Source: Tubiluchus corallicola
Lineage: Eukaryota > Animalia > Priapulida
Assembly (NCBI GenBank): GCA_030141605.1
Contig: JAQGDQ010001005.1
Span: forward strand, 7,162-71,161
Direction: 5' to 3'
Length of the DNA stretch: 64,000 bases
Each line of letters opens with the position of its first letter. Positions within the stretch are counted from its first letter, which is position 1. Both the position numbers and the translations under genes were made by a program. Below, in pieces: positions 26,001 to 39,800 of this stretch. The notes under the pieces were generated by a model that searched no databases, was not told the DNA's origin, and was given only the letters and a program-made list of their open reading frames with translations.

Positions 26001-29000
26001 TTAACCATCGGGTACCTGACGGGTATAAGGAAAAGCATAGTCGAGTCCAGGGGTTATTTCAAGGGGGGGGGGGAAGTGGGGATACTTCCCCGGGGCCTCA
26101 CCCTCCAGGGGGGCCTCGCGCCAAGGTAATTTTTTTTTTGCTTTATGCAAACATACTGCCTCCTCTCTCCCCCCCCCTCTCTCTCTCTCTCTTGCCGCAC
26201 GGACGCCCATTGCCAGTATTGACAGTTTTTCTTTCAATTGTTCTTTTCTTTAACAACTGTATAACTCCATATTTTCTCTTCGAAAATGCTTCTCCGGCAT
26301 TCTAGCAGTTCAAAAATTTTCTGGGCGCCAACCATGGTGGCAACCCCCCCCATGGGGCCTCACACGCCCCACTTCCCCGGGCCTCGCCTAGGCTGAAATA
26401 GGCCCTGATCGAGTCTGATTTCTGCTACCTGTTCAAATACTAATTTTAAGGTAATGTCATGTGACTACAGTGTTTTTAAAGCTTTAGGAAAGAATGTAGC
26501 TGACTGAGTCTATCTCATATATAACCAGTAAACTGGTTTAGAGCTAACAACCTTAAACAGGTCTCAAATATAACAGCTAGTATTTTTGTCTCTAGCACAC
26601 TAATAGCTTGAATACATATTTGTGCCACTATTAGATCTTACCTTGTCATATATTCTGTTGAGCAGTCTTGGAACGGTGATGAAGATGGTTGGCTTTAATT
26701 CTTTGATGTCGTCCATCAGCGTCTTTATGTCGCCCATATAGAATCCCATGCAGCCACCAATGGTATAAATGCAACACTGAAACGAAAACACAAAACAATG
26801 CAGTCTCAGACAACTGTTTATCGCTATGCATTCTGGGACTGCATATAGAATCCCATGCAGCCACAAATGGTATAGATGCAACACTGAAACGAAAACGCAA
26901 AACAATGCAGTCTCAGACAATTGTTTATCGCTATGCATTCTGGGACTGCTTGTAGATGCTGTTTGACGTTGATGACACATTTCTTGATATTGATGGATGT
27001 AATCAAATTCTGATAAATCTTGTTTCTAGAAGTGTAAGTACTAGAATCTAGAGGCAGTAATATTTTGTACTATAAATCATTACTGTATGGTCAAACATGC
27101 ATGCTAATGTCTATGTTGAAGGTATACTACCTAATGTACTATAAACAACTTTACCTAAATTATTAAAATAAAATTCATTTTTCTCCACCTACAATATAAT
27201 ACACATTGTAACCACATTGGCAGTCTGCAACGGTGCAATCAGGGGCGTATTAACCAATAGGCTAACTAGGCTATAGCCTAGGGCATCAGAATTTTAAAAA
27301 AAATTCTTATTCTTCTCGGAAAATGTGTATCAGTTCATATTCATGTAAAGCATTGCATAACACACCACAGGCAGTTACTGAAACCAGTTGCTATATAAGT
27401 GCCACATAACGAACAAGTACAAGATACTACACAACAAGTAGTTGTCCAGAGCGACTGTATATAAGTGCTGTTCATATACACGCAATTAACAACGACTATG
27501 TAGAAACTTAGTTGATATTATTACTAATACACCACAAGTAATTGTTTAATCTGCATAGTACATAAACATAAACTCGCAATATAGATTGATGGGACAGACC
27601 TATCAGCCTATGGCATCGTGAGGTCTTGATACGCCTCTGAGTGTAATAGTTGAATAATATATAGGTAAGTAAGGCCTAATAGTTAGTAATGAGTGAAAAG
27701 GAGAGAGGATAGCGAGCCGATCAAAAGGTCAACAAGTCAGCCGTCCTTTTAATGTTAAAATAGTAAATGACCACAGGCAGCATTAGTGATTAATGATGTA
27801 CAGATAATTAATTAATTCAATCAGTTAAAAAAGGAGGTAGCCAACATATATGCACATATATATATTACAGTTAGGTTGATAAATGAATGTTTAGTTAAAC
27901 AAAATCATAATGTATTAACTTACAGTGACAGAAAAGAATCAATTATGCCTTTTAAATATAACCTAGGTAAAAAATCGTATAGTAAACCTGCACCATAGAC
28001 GCAGACCATATGTGCTACAGTCTAAGTCATAAGTCATTTATTTCACCTTACACATTTACAATGGTTACATATACAATATCTAGTGAAAGGGCCTACAATG
28101 AACGTAATACAAATAAGAAATACTGCACAGGAAAAGCCTCAAACACTGTTCACTTATGCACGAAGGTAAATGTGTTGCGGGCAATCAAAAAGCAGGGCTT
28201 GTTAGATTATCCCACACAGTGAAAGAAAAAAAGTAATGGAAATAATCTGAAAATTTAAAGTGAATCGTTTGATGAAAAAAAACTTTAGTGCTTAAAATGC
28301 AATGATGTAATGAATGAAGCTCATATATGGGATGATATAAAAGATAGAAAGACTATTATTTTTTAATAGTATGTAAAATTAAGATAACTTTACATTTAAA
28401 ATTAAAATAAGTCTACATTAGATGTGTCTAGAATATCGTGTTATTACCATACCTGTACTGTACGCTCAAACATATGTGCCAGTGGTAAATAGGAAATCAT
28501 TATCTCACGACTCTGGGTAACCGCATCACCCTAAACAAAAATGGGGAAGAACTTCTTTAGTTGTTAAATTATACGTTAAATTCCTCTAATCCTCTGAGTA
28601 AAACTTAGTGCAACCTTGCTGTTTCTAAATTAACAATATTGTACGTAACTTATACACTTTGAGTTAATGTTAATGTTAAGCCAAGGTCCTGAAACTTGAC
28701 AGACACTTGAGAGTTTAACAAGCTTGACATTTTAACATAGTTTTCATTCTAATACTTCTCATAAAAGCGAGGTTAGGATTAAAGCCTTCCAAGTCTAGCA
28801 AATTTCTTTCAAGAACGAGTGAATTAGCACCTGTAAATGCTTATAAGTGTTCAGATTTGTAGTTGTCTCTGGCGGGCGGTTCCTGTATAGGTACTCTGGA
28901 ACTGCAACACCCCCCATTTTCACTCAATATTATCGATAATATTCAGTATAATAAGTCTTTTTTCTTTAGTTCTTTTTTATACTTGTATGAAACTAGAGCA

Positions 29001-32000
29001 CGTGAGGGTAGTACTGTTTGCTTCACAGCCCAGCACAGTGGTGTGTTCAGCTGCTGTGTGCATGTAGCCATGGTAGCGTCTGCTGCTAGGTTGAAAAGTA
29101 CTGTCTTTCACACAGTTTGTTGTCAGTTTCTATGGTGCTTAAAAACCAGGTACCGGCATATTTTTGAATAGCGGCAATTTAAGTTATTTGCAACCAAAAA
29201 TATTTTGTTTAGGATTTTATCAAGTTTATGTAAAAATTTTTGTATGTTTATGTGTTTAAAATTAGAATAACAAATTAAATTAATAAACATTTGTTTCGTT
29301 ACACACAATATTAAAGCAATGGCTAAAATTTGCTGAAGCAGCACCCCCACCAATTTTAACATTCTACATTTATTTCTACGTGAGGCCCGGGGAAGTGGGG
29401 CGTGTGAGCTTTAACTGCTAGAATGCAGGAGAAGCATTTTCGAAGAGAAAATATGGAGTTATACAGTACGTTCGCATAAAGCAAAATAAATATGTTACCT
29501 CGGCGCGAGGCCCCCCTGGAGGGTGAAGCCCCGGGGAAGTATCCTCACTTCTCCGCCCTAAAATAGGCCCTGAGCATTTAAGTTCAAAAATTAACTAAAC
29601 GATGTTTCACTCCATAATGAATTGATAATCACAAAACAGGCTATAATGTCTTACCAAGTGAAGTAAAGCCGCACCAGCACAGGAGACACAATTCTCATGA
29701 GTAAGCATGACTCCTTTTGGATTACCCGTTGTACCACTTGTATAGCAAACTGTAGCTAAATCCTGTGGTCTTGCCGGCTAGAAAAACCAGAAGCAATATT
29801 ACAATGTGACATAATTTCTTAATAAGTACAGGAAAACTATTTATTCATTAAATAAATACAATGGCACACTGTCACGTGGAAAGCTGAAATTTGGATCTTT
29901 TGCACTCAGGGATGATATCATTTTTGCCAGCGCAGCAGTTCAATACACTATCTTAGAACAGGGGTGGGCAAATTATCTGACTAGCCGGCCACATTAAACT
30001 TTCCCGCAATTCCTGCGGGCCACAGGCAGTTTGATCAAGGAGCCAAGTACAGAAAGGCCTAATAACGATTTTTTTGCGTCCCACCTGCGTACATCATTAC
30101 TACTACACTCAAGAAACTATTTTAGAAGTTATTAAAATTTATATTACAAACCATGTATTTCCACTTTCAGGACAGATAGTGGTAATTTCATTACAATGCA
30201 TAATAGTAATGTGTATCACACAGTCTGTGTAGTACAGTGACATTAAGCTACAACCGTCTTGTAAGGGTTAATGGCATCCGATCTAGTAGAAAAAACTACC
30301 CGCACTATCTTTGCACGATCGTGGCACGGACTTCAGCTGGATACACTCAATTCATCGTCCGGGCCGCACTTTCATTAGGTTGACAAATCTCTTCGCGGGC
30401 CGCACAAATTTTCTCGGCGGGCCACAAGTGGCCCGCGGGCCGCAATTTGCACACCCTTGATCTTAGAACATCATTTCTGACCATGAGCTAAGCACCGGTA
30501 CCACCACATCCTCCATATTAAGCAGGCAGGAATGCTGAATTTCAGTTTGCAATGTGCCAGAATGATATAAAAAACATGAACAGGTACCATCAAATGGCAT
30601 TCTCACGTGTAAACAAGCCAAATTCTAGATTTATGACTAAATTATTTGTAAAGGTAATCAGGGATAATTAAAGTTACTTACCACTAATTCATGTTTGTGT
30701 GTCGTGCCCAACTTCAGCAAATCCTTAAACGTGATGACATCAATCTCAAAAGTTTTAGCTTTTTCAATCAAGGCTGGTGGAACGGCGTCCATCATTAACA
30801 CAATTCGAGACAAACTCCGCGTTCTTCGGGAATCTCGGATCAGACGTTCGGCTTTGTCTTCTTTGTCGCATAATACGGTGGTGATTTCCGCTATTGTAAA
30901 TAAAATGGCTTTTTAAACAGTCACGACTTGTGTTACAGTGCAAACTGTGAAAGAATGGAGACCTCCCCATTCTTAGTGTGAAATTCATAGTGTTCAGAGA
31001 ACCTGATGTCTGTAACAGATATGAATAGCCCTGGGGATGTCAATGATGATGATGATGATGATGTCAATGATGATGTCAATGATGATATGACTAATGCTGC
31101 ATTTGTTCTGCTAATCGAAACAAAACGATTGGTCGAATGTTTTTTATTCCAGATTTCATGTTCAAGGAAACAAATATAAAATATTTAAGGCACATATAAA
31201 ATACCCGTAACTTAGATGTAGAGAATAAGGACAATTACACAAATGTAGGGTGATACATAGAATAGAGAAACTGGAGTACTCCTTTAACTCGAATGCAATA
31301 CTGCACAGTGGACGGTTTATCTTTCCCGACAGGAAATTCTTCTTCTTAAGACCATTAAAAGTGCATTAATCTTTAGTTTTGCTCCGACAAACTTCAGTTG
31401 ACTGGTCTCAAACTCCATGTACACGTAATGAGTGACGCGTATTGACTGTTTGCATGCAACAGTAAACGCTACAAAGCTCACGCCGCTCTTTCCGCCATTT
31501 TTGGTGGTTATTTGTGAAAATTGCAAATAATAATTTTTGGGAACCATGTCTCTGTCGAAACTCAAGAGTGACAATTACAGCTGCGGCATTGGTTTATTAT
31601 TGTACAATTAGACGGAAAAGAAAGCGCAGGTTTTGGGTGCGCAACGTTTTGCAGGGGAGAGAACAATAAGGCAGGTATCATCATTTAGTGAAAGAACTGC
31701 AGTGAGATGCATAACACATAACTACATGCTTCTTCCACTTCTCAAAAACTGAAATAGAAAAAATGTTATTATTCATAGGTCCTAAAGTGATCAAAACTGA
31801 CCGAACTAGAATTTTCAGAAAGCTAAACAGCGAAAATTATCACTGGAAACTTGAAAATTCGCTATAATCACCTAGACAACGACAATTTCCTGTCAGCGTA
31901 TTGCTGTGTGATGCGTATTCAGATGACAGCGATCACGTTCGAATGAATACAGGTCACGCATCATGCATTACGTACTCACAGAGTCATACCTTTAGTAATT

Positions 32001-32470
32001 AAGGTCCTTCAAAATGACCTCGCCCAGCAAAGCAAAATAATAAATCTGTAAGCTAAGATGAAAATGATAATAAGTAACAAAAACAAAAAAAACTATGATA
32101 AATTTCACAAACCTTGGTCGATAATAAAGCTGCAGGCATCTGGTCCCAAGGTGTCATAAAGAGGTACAATAACCATGGAATACATATAGCAGGCTTGCTC
32201 CGTCAAAATCCACTGAAATAATAAGAGTCAATTTTAAATGTGTCAAAACGCATTTAGCAGGTGTCAGGAAAATGGGAGGAAAACTAAGCGATTTTTTGTG
32301 AGCTTAAATAATCCTACATCAGAAAAATTCCAGTAATCATATGCAGGGCCTATTTCAAGGGGGGGGGGGAGTGGGGATACTTCCCTAGGGCCTCAATCTC
32401 TAGGGGGCCTTGTGCCAAGGTAACATTTTTTTGGTTTATGTGAACAATCTGCCTTCTCTCTCCCTCTCTC

Positions 32471-32531
<61 letters not shown>

Positions 32532-35500
32532 CCGCACGAGCGCCGTTTGCCAGTATTGACAAGGTTAAGGACTGGTCTTGAGAATAAAACAGTTTTTCTT
32601 TCAATTGTTCTTTCCCTTAACAACTGTATAACTCTAACTGGCGTTCTAGCAGTTAAAAAATTTCTGGGCGCCAACGATGGGGCCTCACATGCCCCACTTC
32701 CCCGGGCCTCACCTAGGCTAAAATAGGCCCTGATCAGATGACTAATTAAAAACTCAACTCGAATAATGGTTCTCTTAAACACCCGTTTCATTATTAAATT
32801 GCTGAACTCTAATAGGCTATATATTGTTAATATATAATAATATAGTAAATATATAGTTACAGATAGTAAATAGTGTTAATTTGAGCAACTTTATAAATAC
32901 CAGCGCCTGCCTGTTCATTGATTTGACCTACTTATAGAAAAACAATTTTGTTGGTTTATAGCCTGGCTTCATAATACATGCATCGTTTACACCTTCACAA
33001 ATTTATTGCTTGTCCAATCAACACAGCATGAACCTGGTGGTTGCCAGTGCAATATTATTTTCTTCCCGCATGGATAAGTGACATAAGAGATGCGATGTAA
33101 TAAATTTGCGATTATCAGTCTCGAGCATAGCAACATCCCATAGACACGAATGTATGCTTGTTTTTATACAGCAAGAAAATTATTAGCACAATAAGTTAGT
33201 ACTTACAATAATATTTACTTTTCCAAATACCAACCAGAATTAACATCATAATTGTCTTAACACCAACAAATAAAAACCGTTTTACGCTAAAAGATTTTTC
33301 ATTTTTACAGCACCAGTTCGCAAAGGTAAAATTAGGCAGAGTTAGAGACATAGCAGCTCATAGAGCAGAAGGTCTTGTGTTCAAAACCCAGTGCAGGTGC
33401 ATTGCTGCACTGACTTTCTAAGTATTGCTTTTGTGCGTTTATATGATTAGCAATGCTCAGCACAATTTTCCGGAGGAAGCTGCTTGAGCTGTTCATGGTT
33501 TTTTCTTTCGATCACAAAGACACAATAGTGAATATACAATTATTAATTACCGTATTTTCCCGTGTATAAGAGACCCTTTTTTGCTCAGAATTTTCACTTT
33601 AAAAATAGGGGGTGTCTTATACATGGGAGTAAGTCTTTTCAATAAGATGCATAAATTGTGACACTAATGATTTTAAAGAAATAAGTGCTCTACAACTGTT
33701 TTGCGTGTCGCGTTCGACTATGAAGCGGTTGTAAGCAATACAAGCATCGTGACACAGGCATTATCTCCTCGTTTTCTCTTTTCCTGTTACAGGTTTGCAG
33801 GTACGCACTTTAATATATACCAGTACTCTTTTTCTACAACACATTAACTGGTTTTATTTTGTTTTCAGTACCGCACTGAGTTGAAAAAAGTTGTACTCTA
33901 CCCTCTAAAAATGTCCGTCTGAAAAAACTTTTTTCCAGAATTTTTGCCTAAAAATTGAAGGGGTCTGTTATACACAAGGGTCTCTTATACATGGGAAAAT
34001 ACGGTAAATATACCTCTATCCTATTTTGCGAGTATATACCAATGAATGTCGAAGAACGAGGTTGAAGCCCCTTTTCAATTAGGGCCGAACCAAGTTGCTG
34101 AGCTTGACGTAGAACCTAAAGATAAAAGCAACAGACTGTTAAAACAACCAATATACATATAGCTTAAAACCTAATGTTGCATAATCGGCTACAACAAATG
34201 GAAAAATACTTTTGATTTGACTTCAGAGAGGATCGTTTCAAATGGGGATGTTTGTGTTGGTGTCAAGCAATTTAATCTAGCATTCTATAATTATTTGTTT
34301 TCTTTACGTATTTTTACAAACATGCATTTCCCGAAACTGTTTAAAATGAAGCCAGCCTTAGTCATGTGACCTAAGCTTTAGTAGTATACGCCACCTATCA
34401 ATCACACTTGTTCTTACACGTAGTTACATTTTCTGCTGCCGCTATGCTGATCATGCCGTTTGGTGATACTTGCATTGCTTTGTCTATTTTGTTGCAATTT
34501 AACAGTCACTAGTTGTATTTTCAAGTAAAAGTTGTCACCATCTACTTTAATAATTAGTTAATAGTTTAAATTGGTTAGAATTGTTTCAAATCTGTAGAAT
34601 CATAAAGTAATAATTTGTGTTTCAGTCTTCTTAAATCTAACTTTTCATTTTGTCTAAATAGTAATAAGCTTTAGCACGTTCTTAAGCACTTTTTGTGATC
34701 TGTTATTGTAATAAATTGCAGGTCTATCGCGCAGTTCAATACTGATTTTTGCCGTTTCTTTGCCTGGACTGGGCGCATCCACAGTTTGACTTGTACAGTA
34801 AGGAGACACACATTTTCTATCAAATAAATTGAACAATTAATTTCATTTTATTCTAATTTCGCAGAGAAGACAGGGATTCACAAATATATTATGCAAAATA
34901 AGTCCTGCCAGCACTTGACAAGTAAGCGGAATGTAGTGAACATCCCATTCAAGGATAGAAAAGGATAAACCAAAAAGTCCAAACAGAAACAATGTAAAAT
35001 GACAAGAAAATTAATAATCAGATCTCTGCAAATTCTAACATAAAAACTTGTTTTCTTTAATTAAAAGGATTAACCATAACTTAAAATTTGACACTAATTT
35101 CACTAAATTTCATGGCTTCCTTCCTAATGAAATTGGACCTCAAAGAACCTCAAAGCTGCATTTTCCCCCCTAAAACATTTTGTTCAGTTTGCTAGTGAAA
35201 CTTCAGAAAACCATTGGCTAAACAAATCTGCTAGCTTTCTTGGATGCAGCATTGTTTCTGTGACACTGAAGTTGTAAACAATGCCGCACAGTGAAATGTG
35301 ACACGTGGAAACTAAGTGTGGCATTGTTTCTGTGACGCTGAATATGTAAACAATGCCACACAGTGAAATGTGACATGTGGAAACTAAGTGTGGCATTGTT
35401 TCTGTGACACCGAATATGTAAACAATGCCTCACAGTGAAATGTGACATGTGGAAACTAAGTGTGGCATTGTTTCTGTGACATTGAAGTTGTAAACAATGC

Positions 35501-36769
35501 CGCACAGTGAAATGTGACATGTGAAAACTAAGTGTGGCATTGTTTCTGTGACGCTGAATATGTAAACAATGCCACACAGTGAAATGTGACATGTGGAAAC
35601 TAAGTGTGGCATTGTTTCTGTGACACCGAATATGTAAACAATGCCTCACAGTGAAATGTGACATGTGGAAACTAAGTGTGGCATTGTTTCTGTGACATTG
35701 AAGTTGTAAACAATGCCGCACAGTGAAATGTGACATGTGGAAACTAAGTGTGGCATTGTTTCTGTGACACTGAAGTTGTAAACAATGCCTCACAGTGAAA
35801 TGTGACATGTGAGAGCTAAGTGAGGCATTGTTTCTGTGACGCTGAATATGTAACCAATGCCGCACAGTGAAATGTGACACGTGGGAACTAAATTCAAACA
35901 CTGGCATAACTAATTACTAAGGAGTTCCTGGAATCATCTAATGAGCAAAACTCACGAAACTGAGTTCCAGGCTTTCTTCGGAAACAACACCTTCACAGCA
36001 GACTTCCTCTTATTTAAACCACCAAGAAAAAGTTAAAAAGTGCAGAAAATCTTAATCAGAGCATTTTCTTTCTGTTTCTTGTGTAAAACTGAAACTTCAT
36101 GAAGTACGCTGTATTTGACCTTTAAACAACATGGGTAGAAAATGAAAATGGTCATTTTAAAAAAATGTGGACGGTAAGAAAACCGTCTCCCAAATGTGTT
36201 AATAGCAACATACATATCGCAGAAATTAAACTTGCTGTAATCATAAAAGGCTATAAAATGACACCAAGCCCCTGCATGTAATTTCACTGCAGCATGGTCA
36301 TTGATTCATGTGCATAATTTATGAACATCTATGCCCATCTGTTACAGAATGTCCATTTGCATATTACGAATTGAGGATAGCTAACGAAGTAAGATTAAAT
36401 ATTAATCGACTGCAACTGTTTCTGCATTCAATTTCTTTGTAAATTGCAATGTAACAAAGAATTAAGCACGTTAAGTTTAGTATTAAACCAGCTGTTTAGT
36501 CTAGTTTAGTTTTGAATCAGATGGTTTAGTCTAGTGGTAACGCGTTTGCTTTCTGTCTGAGAGGTTGTGAGTTCGAACCAGCAGCCGGGTCATACCAAAG
36601 ACTATAAAAATGGTACCTGCTGTTGCCCTGCCTGACGCGTGGTATTTAGGGTAAAAGTGGGGTAATAATAGTCTCTGTTATGTAGTTGTAGGGTTGTTAT
36701 TTACAGTCGGCAGTAATAGTTCTTTGAGCTAATGTTAATTGTTGACCCAAAAGCAGACTTTAAATAAAG

Positions 36770-36816
<47 letters not shown>

Positions 36817-39800
36817 TAATAGTATGCAATGTTCTTGAAGCCCAGTTTTGGCTTCCTTGACTGCCACCTCGACTGCCACCAGCACTACCACCTACATCTC
36901 CATCACCATGTGATTATTTGAACACAATCTTACCTTGTAGATATTTTCTATGAGTGAAAAATTAATGGATGTTTATGTAATTCTAAAAAGTTTTCAGTGT
37001 TAGCTAACTCATCTTAACTAATGATTTAGAAATAAACCATTTTCTGTGTGTGAAAAAGTCACAGTAAAACATCAATGTGAGAAAACCAAATTTAAGTTCA
37101 AAATACTGGGCGAGGCTAGCGTATGTTTGGCTATTAAGTGTAATTGGGACATCGCTTTCATCTTCATAATCAATAATCAGATACGAAATCGATCACAATC
37201 ACTTTTCTGGCATTAAAATTTTGTAATTTCAAAAATTTTAACAAATAACACTTTCAGTGTAGCATGTCTGCTATTTTAACCGCTGTTGTTTTAATTACAA
37301 TGAATGGTAAAAAAGGGAAGGTGTCTGTTATTTTAACCGCTGTTGTTTTAATTACAATGATTGGTAAAAAAGGGAAGGCGTTTGCTATTTGAACCACTGC
37401 TATTTTAATTACAATGATTGGTAAAAAAGGGAAGGCGTCTGCTATTTTAACCGCTGTTATTTTAATTACAATGATTGGTAAAAAAGGGAAGGCATCTGCT
37501 ATTTTAACCACTGTTGTTTTAATTACAATGATTGGTAAAAAAGGGAAGGCGTTTGCTATTTGAACCACTGCTATTTTAATTACAATGATTGGTAAAAAAG
37601 GGAAGGCGTCTGCTATTTGAACCACTGCTATTTTAATTACAATGATTGGTAAAAAAGGGAAGGCATCTGCTATTTTAACCACTGCTATTTTAATTACAAT
37701 GATTGGTAAAAAAGGGAAGGCGTCTGCTATTTTAACCGCTGTTATTTTAATTACAATGATTGGTAAAAAAGGGAAGGCGTCTGCTATTTTAACCGCTGTC
37801 GTTTTAATTACAATGATTGGTAAAAAAGGGAAGGCGTCTGCTATTTTAACCGCTGTTGTTTTAATTACAATGATTGGTAAAAAAGGGAAGGCGTCTGCTA
37901 TTTGAACCGCTGTTGTTTTAATTACAATGATTGGTAAAAAAGGGAAGGCATCTGCTATTTGAACCACTGCTGTTTTAATTACAATGATTGGTAAAAAAGG
38001 GAAGGCATCTGTTATTTTAACCACTGTTGTTTTAATTACAATGATTGGTAAAAAAGGGAAGACATCTGTTATTTTAACCACTGTTGTTTTAATTACAATG
38101 ATTGGTAAAAAAGGAAAGGCATCTGCTATTTTAACCGCTGTTGTTTTAATTACAATAATTGGTAAAAAAGGGAAGACATCTGTTATTTTAACCACTGTTG
38201 TTTTAATTACAATGATTGGTAAAAAAGGGAAGGCATCTGTTATTTTAACCGCTGTTGTTTTAATTACAATAATTGGTAAAAAAGGGAAGGCATCTGTTAT
38301 TTTAACCGCTGTTGTTTTAATTACAATAATTGGTAAAAAAGGGAAGGCATCTGCTATTTTAACCACTGTTGTTTTAATTACAATGATTGGTAAAAAAGGG
38401 AAGGCATCTGCTATTTTAACCACTGTTATTTTAATTACAATGATTGGTAAAAAAGGGAAGGCGTCTGCTATTTTAACCGCTGTCGTTTTAATTACAATGA
38501 TTGGTAAAAAAGGGAAGGCGTCTGCTATTTGAACCGCTGCTATTTTAATTACAATGATTGGTAAATAAGGCAAGGCGTCTGCTATTTGAACCACTGCTGT
38601 TTTAATTACAATGATTGGTAAAAAAGGGAAGGCGTATAAGTAAAGAGTAAGTTTCAAATGAGTTCATTTTGTCAGTTTGAATTTAACTCTAACAAAACTG
38701 TAGTCGACATCCGTGCGCTGATATGTATTATCTTTACAAAAACAATGCGCTTGTGCTTATATAAGATTATGAGAAACCTTCGCATCTAAGAATCATCGCT
38801 AGGACGAGAAGTTACTGTTCAAAGGTAGTACCATATTACTTGTAGAAAGAATTAACTGAAGAAAATTTCAAACAAAGATCTATATGAAAAAATAAAAGAA
38901 GCACCTACTACCTGATGATATTCCAGCAAAGATAGCTCTTCAACAAGCCATAGAACCAGCTAAAAAACCTGCAGGAGGACATATGTTAACATACTTAGAT
39001 TTTGCACAGAAAGATTTAGACACTTCAGCATTGATCCTTAGAAATAAATCCACTTGGGGCATTGCAGCGTGTAGGGAGTCCTGGCATAGGGAGCTGAGCA
39101 GAATCATGTCCCTGGACGTGCGATTCATTGAAGAAGAAAAAGAAGAAAGAATTAGTGTAATGAAATTGACACTTTTCAATGACGTCGTTACAAAAAACTG
39201 CTAGACATCAAATGTCCTGACAGTATATCCGATGATGATCTGTATGATGTGATGAAGAACCCCCAGAATAAACAAATCCAAGTAAAAAGATTGTGTTGGA
39301 TTGTGCAAGCATTAAGACAACCGCAAGAACCTGCTCCTCCTATCGTGTCGCGTAAAAAGTTCTTGAAACGGCAAAAAAGAACCTGAGAGGAGACACACTG
39401 CAAAAAGATTCAGAAAATACCACTCTAGATTTGAGCAACGATGCATTGTGGGCAGTGACAGCAGACAGGAATGCATGGCTTTAATAGGTGAAGCGTGCCA
39501 TATTTTAGAGCATAAAAGCACATAAACGATGACGATGATGCTGTATTTATCGTGTGATTTTTATGATTTTTCCTAAAAATAATTGTAAACGGCATTTATA
39601 ATGCGATCGATTTGTGTTAAGAGCTGCAAAATATGATCATTGATCGAAAATAAGAGCACATCAATTATAATCCATTAAATCTATTTATCAGTCCAACCAG
39701 TACTATGAAGTTAATTAGCATCAGAGCTACTTAAAAATGGATGGGTGGTGGCAGTGAAGAAAAATGTTTCTGTGTTATTTCATAAATTTGTCATAATGCC

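Noticed and set aside
32350-32791. ERERER-rich ORFs
   Set aside because: They are the (CT)n microsatellite inside a MITE.
35184-35907. His/Cys-rich 229-aa ORF resembling a zinc-binding repeat protein
   Set aside because: It is the 72-bp array translated; there is no valid C2H2 spacing or exon structure.
36520-36590. tRNA gene (also at about 61000 and 33340)
   Set aside because: Only A/B-box-like motifs are present with no full cloverleaf; two of the three continue into a SINE body and tail.
37642-38532. [13 protein letters not shown] repeat ORFs on the + strand
   Set aside because: They come from the 63-bp array and are interrupted by TGA variants.
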